Program-made: the position numbers and the translations under genes
In this document: positions 10,292 to 19,882 of the stretch, piece by piece
How the letters are laid out: the number at the start of each line of letters is the position of its first letter
Numbering within the stretch: position 1 is the first letter of the stretch
Origin: Candidatus Doudnabacteria bacterium
GTDB taxonomy: Bacteria > Patescibacteriota > Doudnabacteria > UBA920
Assembly: GCA_963768175.1 (NCBI GenBank)
Contig: CAVYGQ010000001.1
Location: 5,908-69,907, forward strand
DNA: 64,000 nucleotides
Direction: 5' to 3'
The notes under the pieces: model-generated
The model's database searches: none
What the model was told of the DNA's origin: nothing
What the model saw: only the letters and a program-made list of their open reading frames with translations

Positions 10292-10486
10292 TTTTAAGAC
10301 CGATATTGCGCGATGTTGAAAATGTTGCGCAATATTGGTGCAATATGCGACATTTGTAATGTAGCATATTGTTACATTGCGCGACATGATAGTTATCCAC
10401 AATACCCACAGCGGTTATTACGACAATGACAATTATCCCCAAAGATAAATGCGTTACGCGACGCGTGACTATCAGGTAACCCTTTT

Positions 10487-10571
10487 GGCGTCATTCCGAG
10501 CGTAAAAGTAAACAATTCGCGGGGAATCTGTCTTTTTGAGATCCTTCACCCTTCGGGTTCAGGATGACGCC
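10487..10571. repeat. MITE-like element, family GGCGTCATYCTGA...TCAGGATGACGCC (copy 1)
   Basis: Terminal inverted repeat ggcgtcattccgag...tcaggatgacgcc, with the internal GATCCTTC/AGAGATYC core shared with the other copies. Confidence 0.7.
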
Positions 10572-10610
10572 ATAATTTAAGTTATGGCGGGTTTTTGCTA
10601 AGATTAACAC

Positions 10611-11489
10611 ATGATCTTAGTTATCTCATCTAAAAAAGTTTACGCTGCGAAAAGGCTGGCATGGGAAGCAGGCATTAGGAATCAAGAATTGCGGATTATG
10701 GATATGCAGGATTTGATTACCTGTAATTTTCAGATTGATCCAAACAAGTTTGATGCCCTGTACATCCGCGATCCTTATTTAAAAGACAGTCCAAAATACA
10801 CTCCGCAAATCGTCAAACTTGCAAAAAAATTTAAAGCCGCGGGCAAAAAGGTTGTTGATTCCGCGATTGCCGACGGGGAACTCGGCCAAGGCAAATGGGC
10901 GGATTATCAGAGGCTTCAAAAAGCCGGCTTGCCAATTCCAAAGACCGGTTTATTGTCTGACTACCCACTACCCACTATTCACTACCCACTAATTCTCAAA
11001 TGGACCTACGGCTTTAAGGCAAAAAATGTTTTTCTGATAAAAAACCAGCAACAGCTAAAAAATATCCTGCCCCTGCATCTCAAAAAAGAATGGCTGGTTC
11101 AGGAATTTATTAAAGCGGATTATGAATATAAAGTTATTACCGTCGGATACAAAGCATTGCCGGTGGTGTTGAGGTTTTCCACCAGAGGCGGATCCGCCTC
11201 TGGTGGAAAGATTAAAGACAACGGTTTTAGGACGGATTTCAAATCCGCATGCAGCGTGCCCATTTATGGGCGATCCAGACAGCCGATGAATCGGCACGCT
11301 ACCATTGTTAAATTTGCCGAAAGGGCATCGAAAATCTTAAACCGCGAACTGGCCAAAGTTGACATTTTGGAAGCCAAAGGCAAATTCTATATTCTGGAAG
11401 TTAACCGCTTCCCCGGCCTTAAGAGTTTTGAACAATTGACAGGCTATAATGTCTTTAAGGATTTTTTTAAATATCTTGTTTTAAAATGA
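10611..11489 (+). CDS. ATP-grasp family protein (RimK-like ligase)
   Basis: EWLVQEFI...YEYKVITVG ATP-grasp core. Carries the in-frame palindrome insert at 11178-11208 encoding GGSASGG. Confidence 0.65.
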   Translation: MILVISSKKVYAAKRLAWEAGIRNQELRIMDMQDLITCNFQIDPNKFDALYIRDPYLKDSPKYTPQIVKLAKKFKAAGKKVVDSAIADGELGQGKWADYQRLQKAGLPIPKTGLLSDYPLPTIHYPLILKWTYGFKAKNVFLIKNQQQLKNILPLHLKKEWLVQEFIKADYEYKVITVGYKALPVVLRFSTRGGSASGGKIKDNGFRTDFKSACSVPIYGRSRQPMNRHATIVKFAERASKILNRELAKVDILEAKGKFYILEVNRFPGLKSFEQLTGYNVFKDFFKYLVLK

Positions 11490-11605
11490 CTTGCGTAATT
11501 CGTCCGTTTAAGTTATAATGAGTTTATTAAATTAATTCCACGCGCGGGAAATTTACTGCCCGTAGCGTGCAGAAAGGCGCATCGATTACATCGGGCGAAA
11601 AGTAA

Positions 11606-11881
11606 ATGCTTACTCCTAGAGAGAAGAATAATATCATAAAGAAATTCCAGACCCACAAGGACGACACTGGCAGCCCCGAGGTCCAGGTTGCCATACTGAC
11701 CAAGGAAATTGAGCAGGTTTCCGAGCATTTAAAAACCCACCGCAAAGACAACCACTCCCGCCGGGGGCTGCTTAAAATGGTCGGCAACCGCAGAAGGCTT
11801 TTGCGCTATTTAAAGAGTGAGGACGAAAAGCGTTTTGAAAAACTTGCCGAAAAACTAAAGCTTAAAGTGGATTTACAATAA
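11606..11881 (+). CDS. rpsO: 30S ribosomal protein S15
   Basis: [10 protein letters not shown]...[29 protein letters not shown] signature. Confidence 0.92.
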   Translation: MLTPREKNNIIKKFQTHKDDTGSPEVQVAILTKEIEQVSEHLKTHRKDNHSRRGLLKMVGNRRRLLRYLKSEDEKRFEKLAEKLKLKVDLQ

Positions 11882-11955
11882 TTTTCTATTATAGTAAATC
11901 CATCCCGAACGCAGTGAGGGATCTCTTAAATTTATTTAAATTAAACACAAATACT

Positions 11956-12369
11956 ATGGTAGTTAAAAGTTCAAATTTTGAGGATTTTGACAAAGAGTGG
12001 ATGGAATTAGGCAAACAAATTTGTCAGGCAGTATATATCCATCCCATGATCCGAAAAATTAAGGATTCGTTGCAAAAAAAAGGATTTTTGACGCTGGAAG
12101 AAAAAAGCGAGTTTATTAATACTTGTGATAAGGTTAAATATGAAGTTATTTACGCCAAATTCGGTGATGAGCAATCAGAAGGGTATAAGAAGTTCAGCGA
12201 AAGTTGGAAACAGTGGTTTCAGGAAAAGGGTGTCGGCAGCAACCAAAACCGTGGCCAGCGCAACAGCGTGGAGCATATTTTATTCGGCAGTACGCCTGAT
12301 CCGGTGCGATTTTTAACCAAGTTTGAGGAAGAGGTAGTAAATAACCATAATCATAATCATAATCATTAA
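11956..12369 (+). CDS. Hypothetical protein with a C-terminal (NH)n tail, inserted between rpsO and pnp
   Basis: ORF with start moved to the ATG at 11956, because the upstream part overlaps a partial MITE copy. No recognisable domain. Confidence 0.4.
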   Translation: MVVKSSNFEDFDKEWMELGKQICQAVYIHPMIRKIKDSLQKKGFLTLEEKSEFINTCDKVKYEVIYAKFGDEQSEGYKKFSESWKQWFQEKGVGSNQNRGQRNSVEHILFGSTPDPVRFLTKFEEEVVNNHNHNHNH

Positions 12370-12531
12370 TTAGTAACTATTAAAGTTTCGGATGGTGAAT
12401 AGGTAGAGCGCGGATTTTTTAAGTCCACGTTTACATATTTGTCATCCTGAAATTCACCCCGGTCAAATAAAAATTTCTTTGAAATTTTTGATTCGCTTCG
12501 CGAATCATTTGACGGGGTAAAAAGGATTAAG

Positions 12532-14802
12532 ATGGGAGTCAAAAAAATTAGCGTAAAAATCGGCGGGGCCGATTTTAGTTTTGAGACCGGCAGGCTGGCC
12601 GGACAGGCCAGTGGAGCGGTTTTGGCGCGCGTAGGCGACACGGTGGTTTTGGCCACCACCGTAATGAGCGAGAAGGCCAGGGAAGGGATTGATTTTTTCC
12701 CGATGCTACTCGATTATGAAGAGCGGCTTTACGCGGCCGGTAAAATTAAGGGTAGCCGTTGGATAAAGCGCGAGGGCCGCGCCACCGACGACGCAATTTT
12801 AAAAGGACGGGTAATAGACCGCACGCTGCGTCCGCTTTTTCCGGAAGGCATGCGCAACGACGTGCAGGTTACGGCAACGGTTTTATCCATTGACGGCGAA
12901 AATGAACCGGATATGCTGGCGGTTAACGCCTGTTCCATGGCTTTGGCTGTTTCCAACGTGCCTTTTGACGGACCGGTGGCAGGCGCGAGAGTGGGTAAAG
13001 TTGACGGCAAATATATTATTAATCCAACCCATCAGCAGCAGGAAACGTCGGTAATGGATTTAATAGTCTGCGGCACCGGCGAACATATTATTATGGTGGA
13101 AATGGGCGCCAAATTGGTTAAGGAGGAAGAAATCGTGGAAGGCATTAAATTCGCCCAGCCGTTTTTAGGAGAGTTGGTTAAATGCCAAATTAAATTTGCC
13201 GAACAGGTTGGCAAACAAAAAAGCGAGCCAATTATGGTTTTGCCCAACGAAGCCGTAATGGCCAAGGTTAAAGAGCTGTTGACCGAGGATAAAATCGATG
13301 CCGCACTTTATGTTCCGGGCAAAGAGGTGCGCGAGGAAAATATTAAAAAATTGACCGAGGAAATTACGGCAGCCGTTAAATCCGTTTTGGGAGATCCGCC
13401 AGCTGGCGGAGAAGGCGTGAACGTGGAAAACGATACGGCTAAAGCCATGGATAAAATTTTAAAAAAATACCAGCAAAAGCAGATTTTGGAAAAAGAGCGC
13501 CGCGTGGACGGGCGCAAACTAAACGAAACCCGCCCTATAAGCTGCGAAGTCGGGGTCTTGCCGCGCACGCACGGCAGCGCCATATTTAACCGCGGCGAAA
13601 CGCAAGCTTTAACAACCGTTACGCTGGGCAGTAAAGGCGACGAGCAAACTTTGGACGGCATGGAAGACCCTACCGAAGGCCGCACCAAGCGCTATATCCA
13701 CCACTATAATATGCCGGGCTACAGCGTGGGCGAAGTTGCCCCGCTGCGGGGTCCCGGCCGCCGGGAAATCGGCCACGGCATGCTGGCCGAGCGCGCGGTG
13801 GAAGTTGTCTTGCCGCCGCAGGAAACTTTCCCTTATACCATGAGGCTGGTGTCCGAGATTATGTCCAGCAACGGTTCCACTTCCATGGCCGCCACTTGCG
13901 GTTCCACTTTGGCTTTAATGGACGCGGGCGTGCCGATTACCGCAATTATCGGCGGCTGCGCCATGGGTTTGGTAATGGACGAAGAAAATCCGTCGCGTTT
14001 TAAAGTTTTAACCGACATTGCCGGGATAGAAGATTTTAACGGCCATATGGACTTTAAAGTTACCGGATCGGAAACCGGCATTACCGCACTGCAGCTGGAT
14101 ATGAAGCTTAAAGGGCTGTCGGCGGATATCTTGGCCAAAGCTTTAGAGCAGGCCAAGCCTGCGCGCGTACACATCATCTCCAAAATGAAGGAAGCTTTGC
14201 CGGCTCCCCGGCCGGATTTGTCGCCTTATGCTCCCCGAATAACATCGTTTATGATTAAGCCCGACAAGATCCGCGAAGTCATCGGTAGCGGCGGCAAAAC
14301 CATTAACGAGATTATTGCCAACTGCCCGGGCGTGAAAATAGATATAGAAGACAGCGGTTTGGTTATGGTCACTTCCGTAGATGCGGAAGCCTCTGCCAAA
14401 GCGGTAAAATGGATTCAGGACATTGTGCGCGAAGTTGAGGCCGGAGAAATTTTTGAAGGCAAAGTCACCCGCTTGATGGATTTTGGCGCTTTTGTGGAAG
14501 TTCTGCCCGGCAAGGAAGGCTTGGTGCACATTTCCCAGCTGGCCAATTACCGGGTTAACCGTGTGGAAGATGTCTGCAAAGTTGGCGACACGATGAAAGT
14601 GCAAGTGTCGGAGATTGACGATCAAGGGCGGATTAACCTTACCCACAAACCGTTTGCGGGTCCGGCGCCCGAGGGTGCGGCCGGAGCGTTTGGCAGCGGC
14701 GACCGCGGCTACGACAATCCGCGTCCGCGCCGCCCGTCATACGGTCCTCGGCGGGGCTCGGACTCTTCGGGCAGCCGCAGGCCTCCGAGAAGGAATTATT
14801 AA
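12532..14802 (+). CDS. pnp: Polyribonucleotide nucleotidyltransferase (PNPase)
   Basis: Full-length 756 aa with two RNase PH domains, KH and S1 domains, and an R/G/P-rich C-terminal tail. Confidence 0.95.
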   Translation: MGVKKISVKIGGADFSFETGRLAGQASGAVLARVGDTVVLATTVMSEKAREGIDFFPMLLDYEERLYAAGKIKGSRWIKREGRATDDAILKGRVIDRTLRPLFPEGMRNDVQVTATVLSIDGENEPDMLAVNACSMALAVSNVPFDGPVAGARVGKVDGKYIINPTHQQQETSVMDLIVCGTGEHIIMVEMGAKLVKEEEIVEGIKFAQPFLGELVKCQIKFAEQVGKQKSEPIMVLPNEAVMAKVKELLTEDKIDAALYVPGKEVREENIKKLTEEITAAVKSVLGDPPAGGEGVNVENDTAKAMDKILKKYQQKQILEKERRVDGRKLNETRPISCEVGVLPRTHGSAIFNRGETQALTTVTLGSKGDEQTLDGMEDPTEGRTKRYIHHYNMPGYSVGEVAPLRGPGRREIGHGMLAERAVEVVLPPQETFPYTMRLVSEIMSSNGSTSMAATCGSTLALMDAGVPITAIIGGCAMGLVMDEENPSRFKVLTDIAGIEDFNGHMDFKVTGSETGITALQLDMKLKGLSADILAKALEQAKPARVHIISKMKEALPAPRPDLSPYAPRITSFMIKPDKIREVIGSGGKTINEIIANCPGVKIDIEDSGLVMVTSVDAEASAKAVKWIQDIVREVEAGEIFEGKVTRLMDFGAFVEVLPGKEGLVHISQLANYRVNRVEDVCKVGDTMKVQVSEIDDQGRINLTHKPFAGPAPEGAAGAFGSGDRGYDNPRPRRPSYGPRRGSDSSGSRRPPRRNY

Positions 14803-14817
14803 TTTAAAAATAATTAA

Positions 14818-15006
14818 ATGATAAAATTTATGGGGACACAACCAGGGGTAGGAAATCCGGAGGCTGGGGGCTTTCATCCGGAATATATGGATCAACCGGT
14901 AGAAATTACTATGAAAGGTCCTGATGGGGTCAGATCTTTTAGATCGGTCAAGGAAATGTTAGATACTTTGAAGGAAGAAAATGCAAACAGGGATAGATGG
15001 AATTGA
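14818..15006 (+). CDS. Small hypothetical protein (62 aa)
   Basis: ORF only, with a weak RBS. Confidence 0.25.
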   Translation: MIKFMGTQPGVGNPEAGGFHPEYMDQPVEITMKGPDGVRSFRSVKEMLDTLKEENANRDRWN

Positions 15007-15089
15007 TTAAAAACAGCTCCGGTGACTCCGCCAGCCCCGACGTAACGTCGGGGCCAATTGGCGGACCGGAGCTGTTTTGGTATAATATT

Positions 15090-15175
15090 GTCATCCGGGC
15101 GTCATCCTGAGGCCGAAGGCCGAAGGATCTCAATAAAGAGATTCTTCGCCGCCAAAGGCGGCTCAGAATGACGCC
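15090..15175. repeat. MITE-like element, GGCGTCATCCTGA family (copy 2), immediately 5' of tgt
   Basis: gtcatccgggcgtcatcctgagg...gctcagaatgacgcc. The ORF-track ATG at 15168 lies inside its terminal repeat. Confidence 0.7.
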
Positions 15176-15185
15176 GTTATGTTTT

Positions 15186-16514
15186 ATGGCGTATTTTGAT
15201 TTAATAAAAAAAGTTTCGTCTGATAACGCGCCAACAGGCAGAGGTGTCCCCTCTGGAAGAGGGGACACCTCTGCCGCCAGAATCGGGATAATCCACACCG
15301 CGCACGGGGACGTAAAAACGCCGGCGTTTTTGCCTATTGGCACCAAAGGCACGGTTAAATCGGTCACCTCGGAAGAACTTAAGTTTTGGGGCGCGGATAT
15401 GATACTGGCCAATACCTATCATTTGTGGCAGCGTCCGGGCGACGGGCTTATTTATAAAGCTGGCGGCCTGCATAAATTTATGAACTGGAAAGGGCCGATT
15501 TTTACCGACAGCGGTGGGTTTCAGGTTTTTTCTTTGGCCAAAATGCGCAAGGTCATGGAAGCTGGCGTGTTGTTCCAGTTTGATCTGGACGGCAGGCAGG
15601 AAATTTTGTCGCCGGAAAAATCCGTGCAAATACAGGCCAACTTAGGCAGCGACATTGCTTTAATTTTGGACGATTTTCCGGGGTATCCATTTGAGTACGA
15701 GCGATCAAAAGAATCTATTGCGCAAACCAAGCGCTGGGCCGAGCGTGCGCAAAAAGAATATCAAAAAATAATGACGACCATATCCGCCGGAGGCGGATCC
15801 GCCTTTGGCGGAAATCCCGGGCAGAAATTGTGGGGGATTGTGCAGGGAGCTTCGTTTCCCGATTTGCGCAAACAGTCGGCAAACGATATGGCTAAGTTAG
15901 GATTTGAAGGATTTGCCATTGGCGGAGTGGCCGTGGGGGAGCCGCACGAAGAAATGATGAAAGCCGTGGAAGCATCCGTGCCTTTTTTGCCGGAATCCGC
16001 GCCAAAACATCTGTTGGGCGTGGGTACCCCTTTTGACATTGTGCAGGCAGTAAGCCGCGGCTGTGACACTTTTGATTGCGTTATCCCAACGAGGGAAGCG
16101 CGCCATGGTAGGCTTTATGTGTCCGCAAAAATCCACCCCTCTCTAACCCTCCCCCTCAAGGGGAGGGAAATTAAAGGAAAGCCAGGCGGTGTTGTTCCTC
16201 CCCCTGGAGGGGGGAGGCTAGGTGGGGGTGATGAATCTGTTGAAGGTTACTCAACAATTGACATCCGGCTTGAAAAATACAAAGAAGATTTTACGACAAT
16301 AGACAATACTTGCGATTGTTATTTATGCTTAAATCATACCAGATCTTATCTTCGCCACCTGTTTGCCGGCGGCGAGCCGTTGGCTATCCGTTTAGCTACC
16401 ATGCATAATCTGCGTTTTTATTTAAACTTGATGGCCAAAATCCGTAAAGCCATAGAATATGATTATTTTAACGAGATGGCGGAAAATTACAAAGATTATA
16501 CTAATATGGTATAA
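15186..16514 (+). CDS. tgt: Queuine tRNA-ribosyltransferase (tRNA-guanine transglycosylase), carrying in-frame palindromic inserts
   Basis: GIIHTAHGDVKTPAFLPIGTKGTVK and the zinc subdomain CDCYLC...H. In-frame inserts at 15238-15273, 15784-15811 and ~16135-16230. Confidence 0.85.
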   Translation: MAYFDLIKKVSSDNAPTGRGVPSGRGDTSAARIGIIHTAHGDVKTPAFLPIGTKGTVKSVTSEELKFWGADMILANTYHLWQRPGDGLIYKAGGLHKFMNWKGPIFTDSGGFQVFSLAKMRKVMEAGVLFQFDLDGRQEILSPEKSVQIQANLGSDIALILDDFPGYPFEYERSKESIAQTKRWAERAQKEYQKIMTTISAGGGSAFGGNPGQKLWGIVQGASFPDLRKQSANDMAKLGFEGFAIGGVAVGEPHEEMMKAVEASVPFLPESAPKHLLGVGTPFDIVQAVSRGCDTFDCVIPTREARHGRLYVSAKIHPSLTLPLKGREIKGKPGGVVPPPGGGRLGGGDESVEGYSTIDIRLEKYKEDFTTIDNTCDCYLCLNHTRSYLRHLFAGGEPLAIRLATMHNLRFYLNLMAKIRKAIEYDYFNEMAENYKDYTNMV

Positions 16515-16677
16515 TAAGTAAAATTATGAGGCAGTAATGTTGCATCACAATGGGCACCATTGTGTTGCACAATGGTGCCCATTGTATGGATCAACGATGA
16601 CAGAAAAAAATGATTTATCCAACTCCGCCACCCGCCGTCGCCAAGGCTATGGTGGACAAGAGGCTACGTCGGACAAG

Positions 16678-18095
16678 ATGGAAAAAATAGTATCTTTGTG
16701 CAAAAGGCGCGGGTTCATTTTTCCGGGCTCGGAAATTTACGGCGGGTTTGCCAACTCCTGGGATTACGGACCCGTAGGGGTGGAATTAAAAAATAATATT
16801 AAGCAGCTTTGGTGGGAGCGGTTCGTGCACCAGCGGGACGATATGGTCGGCATAGACGCGGCTTTGATAATGAAGCCGGTGGTCTGGGAAGCCAGCGGGC
16901 ATTTAAAAAATTTTTCTGATCCTTTGATAGAATGTAAAAAATGCCATAACAGATTTAAACCTGATCAGCTAGAGGGTATAAAACAAATTGAGAATTTGCC
17001 TGGGGAGTATCCTGCAGGTAAAAATGTCCATTCTGGTTTGGGATCAGGCGTGAGCATCGTTGGAGAAGATAATAAAAGAATTTTTATAAGCGAAAATACT
17101 AAATGCCCCACTTGTGGACAAAAATTTGAATTGAGCGATAAGCCTAAACAATTTAACTTAATGTTTAGAACCCATATCGGCCCTGTAGAATCTGATGAAA
17201 ACATCGTCTATTTCCGTCCGGAAACCGCGCAAGGGATGTTCGTACAATTTAAAAATGTTTTGGACACCAGCCGCAAAACCGTTCCGTTTGGAATTGCGCA
17301 GGTCGGTAAGGCTTTCCGCAACGAAATTACGCCTGGCAATTTTATTTTCCGCACGCGCGAGTTTGAACAAATGGAAATAGAGTATTTTATCCCGGTGCCA
17401 AAGTTGACCAAGACTGGAATAAGTATTTTGAAGATTGGCGGAAGCAGATGCTTTCCTGGATTAAAGATGATCTTGGTATTAAACTGAACCATATCCACGA
17501 GCTGGAAGTGCCGGAAAATGAGCGCGCGCATTACAGCAAACGAACCATTGATTTTGAATATGATTTTCCTTTTGGAAAATCGGAGTTGTATGGGTTGGCT
17601 TATCGCGGCGATTTTGATTTGGCGAACCATCAAAGAATGTCAGGCCAATCTTTGGAATATACCGACCCGCAGACCAACGAAAAATATCTGCCGCACGTAA
17701 TAGAGCCGACTTGGGGCGTGGACAGGAGCGTTTTGGCGGTTTTGTGCGAGTTTTATCGCGAGGAAGAAGACCGCGTGGTTTTGGCTTTGCCGCCAAAATT
17801 GGCTCCTTATAAAGTCGCGGTTTTTCCGCTTTTAAAGAACAAGCCGGAGCTTGTCGCTAAAGCAAAATCAATTTACGATGAATTGCGGAAATCTTTTGCT
17901 ACGGCCTGGGACGAGCGCGGCAATGTGGGCAAGCGTTATTATAGCCAGGACGAAATCGGCACGCCGTTTTGCGTTACCGTGGATTTTGACAGCTTGGAAG
18001 ATGGTATGGTAACCGTCCGCAACCGCGACAGCAAAGAACAGCCGAGGGTGAAGATTGAGGAATTGAAAAATTATTTGTTGGATAAAACCTTTTAA
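16678..18095 (+). CDS. glyQS: Glycyl-tRNA synthetase (alpha2 type), split over two frames by an apparent 1-nt indel near 17395-17405
   Basis: The 16537..17487 and 17448..18095 ORFs together give a complete GlyRS. Frame 1 (…EIEYFIPVPK) joins frame 0 (VDQDWNKYFEDWRKQM...). Start placed at MEKIVSLCKRRGF. Confidence 0.85.
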
Positions 18096-18097
18096 AG

Positions 18098-18400
18098 ATG
18101 GCAGAACGTTTTTCTTACCAAGAAAGTATGAGTTTTGAGCAACAAGCTATTGTTGCTAGATTAGAAAATTTGTGGGGTAGCGTAGAAGATGCTACAGCAA
18201 AATCATTCCCTCATATGTCGGAAGATGATCTTCCATATAATTATCAGCAAGATTATAAGACAATTAAGCATGAAATGTTGGAGATAATTAAGAAGATGAA
18301 ATCGGATCGGAATTATATACCTAGCGAGGAAACTACGCTTAACGATATTAGAATGCAGGTATTGGAATTTTTGGAAAGAGATGAATCAAAGAAATATTAA
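18098..18400 (+). CDS. Hypothetical protein
   Basis: 100-aa ORF with no recognisable domain. Confidence 0.35.
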   Translation: MAERFSYQESMSFEQQAIVARLENLWGSVEDATAKSFPHMSEDDLPYNYQQDYKTIKHEMLEIIKKMKSDRNYIPSEETTLNDIRMQVLEFLERDESKKY

Positions 18401-19571
18401 AATTTTACAGGGTAAATTATTAAACCCTATTCTGATTAAGAAAAAAGAAAACCTGTTGTATTTAACAGGTCGTTCTTTTATGCAGGGGTATCTTTTGGTA
18501 AAACCCTCCCGGCGTCATTCTGAACGAAGTGAAGAATCTCAAAGGAAGAGATCCTTCGGCCGCCAAAGGCGGCCTCAGGATGACGCCGTTGTGTTTTTTG
18601 GGGACGGGCTGGAAAAAGCAGAAGGAATACATACTGACATACTTAAGAATGTAAGGATGTATTTAGGCAAACAGAAAGTGTTGGATTTGGAAGATGAGTT
18701 TACTTTTGCGGAATATAATTATATCAAGTGCAAGTTAAAAGATGCAAAGCGCAAGGTAAAACTACAGCATGTCAAAAGTCCCGTAGATTTTCAAAGAGCT
18801 TTAAAAGATGAGCAGGAAATCGCGTTTGTTAAGAAATCAATGCAAATAGTGGAAAGGGTCTTTGGTTTAGTGCGAAGGGAAATCAAGAAGCCAGGGATAA
18901 CGGAAATTAGGCTGGCAAATTTTATTAAATCGTCAGGATTAAAAATGGGCGCGCAGGACATTAGTTTTCCGCCGATTGTGGCAAGCGGTCAAAACGCCGC
19001 GGTGCCCCACCACGTTCCGTCTTCAAAGCGCTTAAAAGCAGGGGAATCTATAATTTTGGATTTTGGGTTTAAATATAAAAATTACTGCAGCGATTTTACC
19101 CGCACGGTTTTCTTAAAAAAAGTGCCGCCAAAACTGGAAATGGTTTATAATCAGGTGGAAAAGGCGTATAAAGAGTGCATGTCATTGCGAGGAGTGCAGC
19201 CGACGAAGCAATCTCATCAAAGAGACAAATTGCCGCGCCCCTCGGATGCACTCGGGGCTCGCAATGACAGACCTGTGACAGGTAACGAACTTTACCAAAA
19301 ATCAGTTTCTGTTTTAGCCGAAAAACATCTGGATAAATATTTTATCCATTCCTTGGGTCATGGCACCGGCCTGGAAATCCACGAATTGCCTAATTTATCG
19401 CCAAAATCCAAAGACATTCTGCAAGACGGCATGGTTTTTAGCATAGAACCTGGCGTTTATATCCCAAACCAAGGTGGCGTAAGAATAGAGGATTTGGTAT
19501 ATTTAAAAGGGAATAAAGTTAATAAGTTTATAGATATCTCAACGAAATTGGAGAGCAATATAATAAAATAA
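18381..19571 (+). CDS. M24 family metallopeptidase (Xaa-Pro aminopeptidase / PepP-like) with two in-frame mini-element insertions
   Basis: ISFPPIVASGQNAAVPHH...DFTRT...HSLGHGTGLEIHE...GGVRIEDLV metal-binding motifs. In-frame inserts at 18511-18587 and ~19196-19280. Confidence 0.8.
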   Translation: MNQRNIKILQGKLLNPILIKKKENLLYLTGRSFMQGYLLVKPSRRHSERSEESQRKRSFGRQRRPQDDAVVFFGDGLEKAEGIHTDILKNVRMYLGKQKVLDLEDEFTFAEYNYIKCKLKDAKRKVKLQHVKSPVDFQRALKDEQEIAFVKKSMQIVERVFGLVRREIKKPGITEIRLANFIKSSGLKMGAQDISFPPIVASGQNAAVPHHVPSSKRLKAGESIILDFGFKYKNYCSDFTRTVFLKKVPPKLEMVYNQVEKAYKECMSLRGVQPTKQSHQRDKLPRPSDALGARNDRPVTGNELYQKSVSVLAEKHLDKYFIHSLGHGTGLEIHELPNLSPKSKDILQDGMVFSIEPGVYIPNQGGVRIEDLVYLKGNKVNKFIDISTKLESNIIK

Positions 19572-19574
19572 TTT

Positions 19575-19871
19575 ATGGGCGAATTTGATGAAATAAAAAA
19601 GAGATTGTCTACCGGAGAAATGGAAACCTTACAGTTGCTATATAGTTTAGAAGAAGAACTAGACAAGCCGACTTTTAGGGTTCAATCGGATCCATGGAAG
19701 TCGGAGTGGTATAAATTAAAAGCTAATATTCAGAAAACCATTTTTTTGATAAACGGAAACCAAGAGCTGCCATTGGAATTGGGGAAAAGTGTGTTAGTAG
19801 AGAGAGCGGCAAAATTGCTTGCGCAAACACAAATAAATCCTAAAAATTTGCCTGACCCGGACAACCTATAA
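19575..19871 (+). CDS. Hypothetical protein
   Basis: ORF only. Confidence 0.35.
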   Translation: MGEFDEIKKRLSTGEMETLQLLYSLEEELDKPTFRVQSDPWKSEWYKLKANIQKTIFLINGNQELPLELGKSVLVERAAKLLAQTQINPKNLPDPDNL

Positions 19872-19882
19872 ATAAGGAAACT

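Noticed and set aside
14948-15412. 154-aa minus-strand ORF overlapping the tgt start
   Set aside because: It is antisense to tgt and its MITE-containing leader. It has no RBS and a low-complexity translation.
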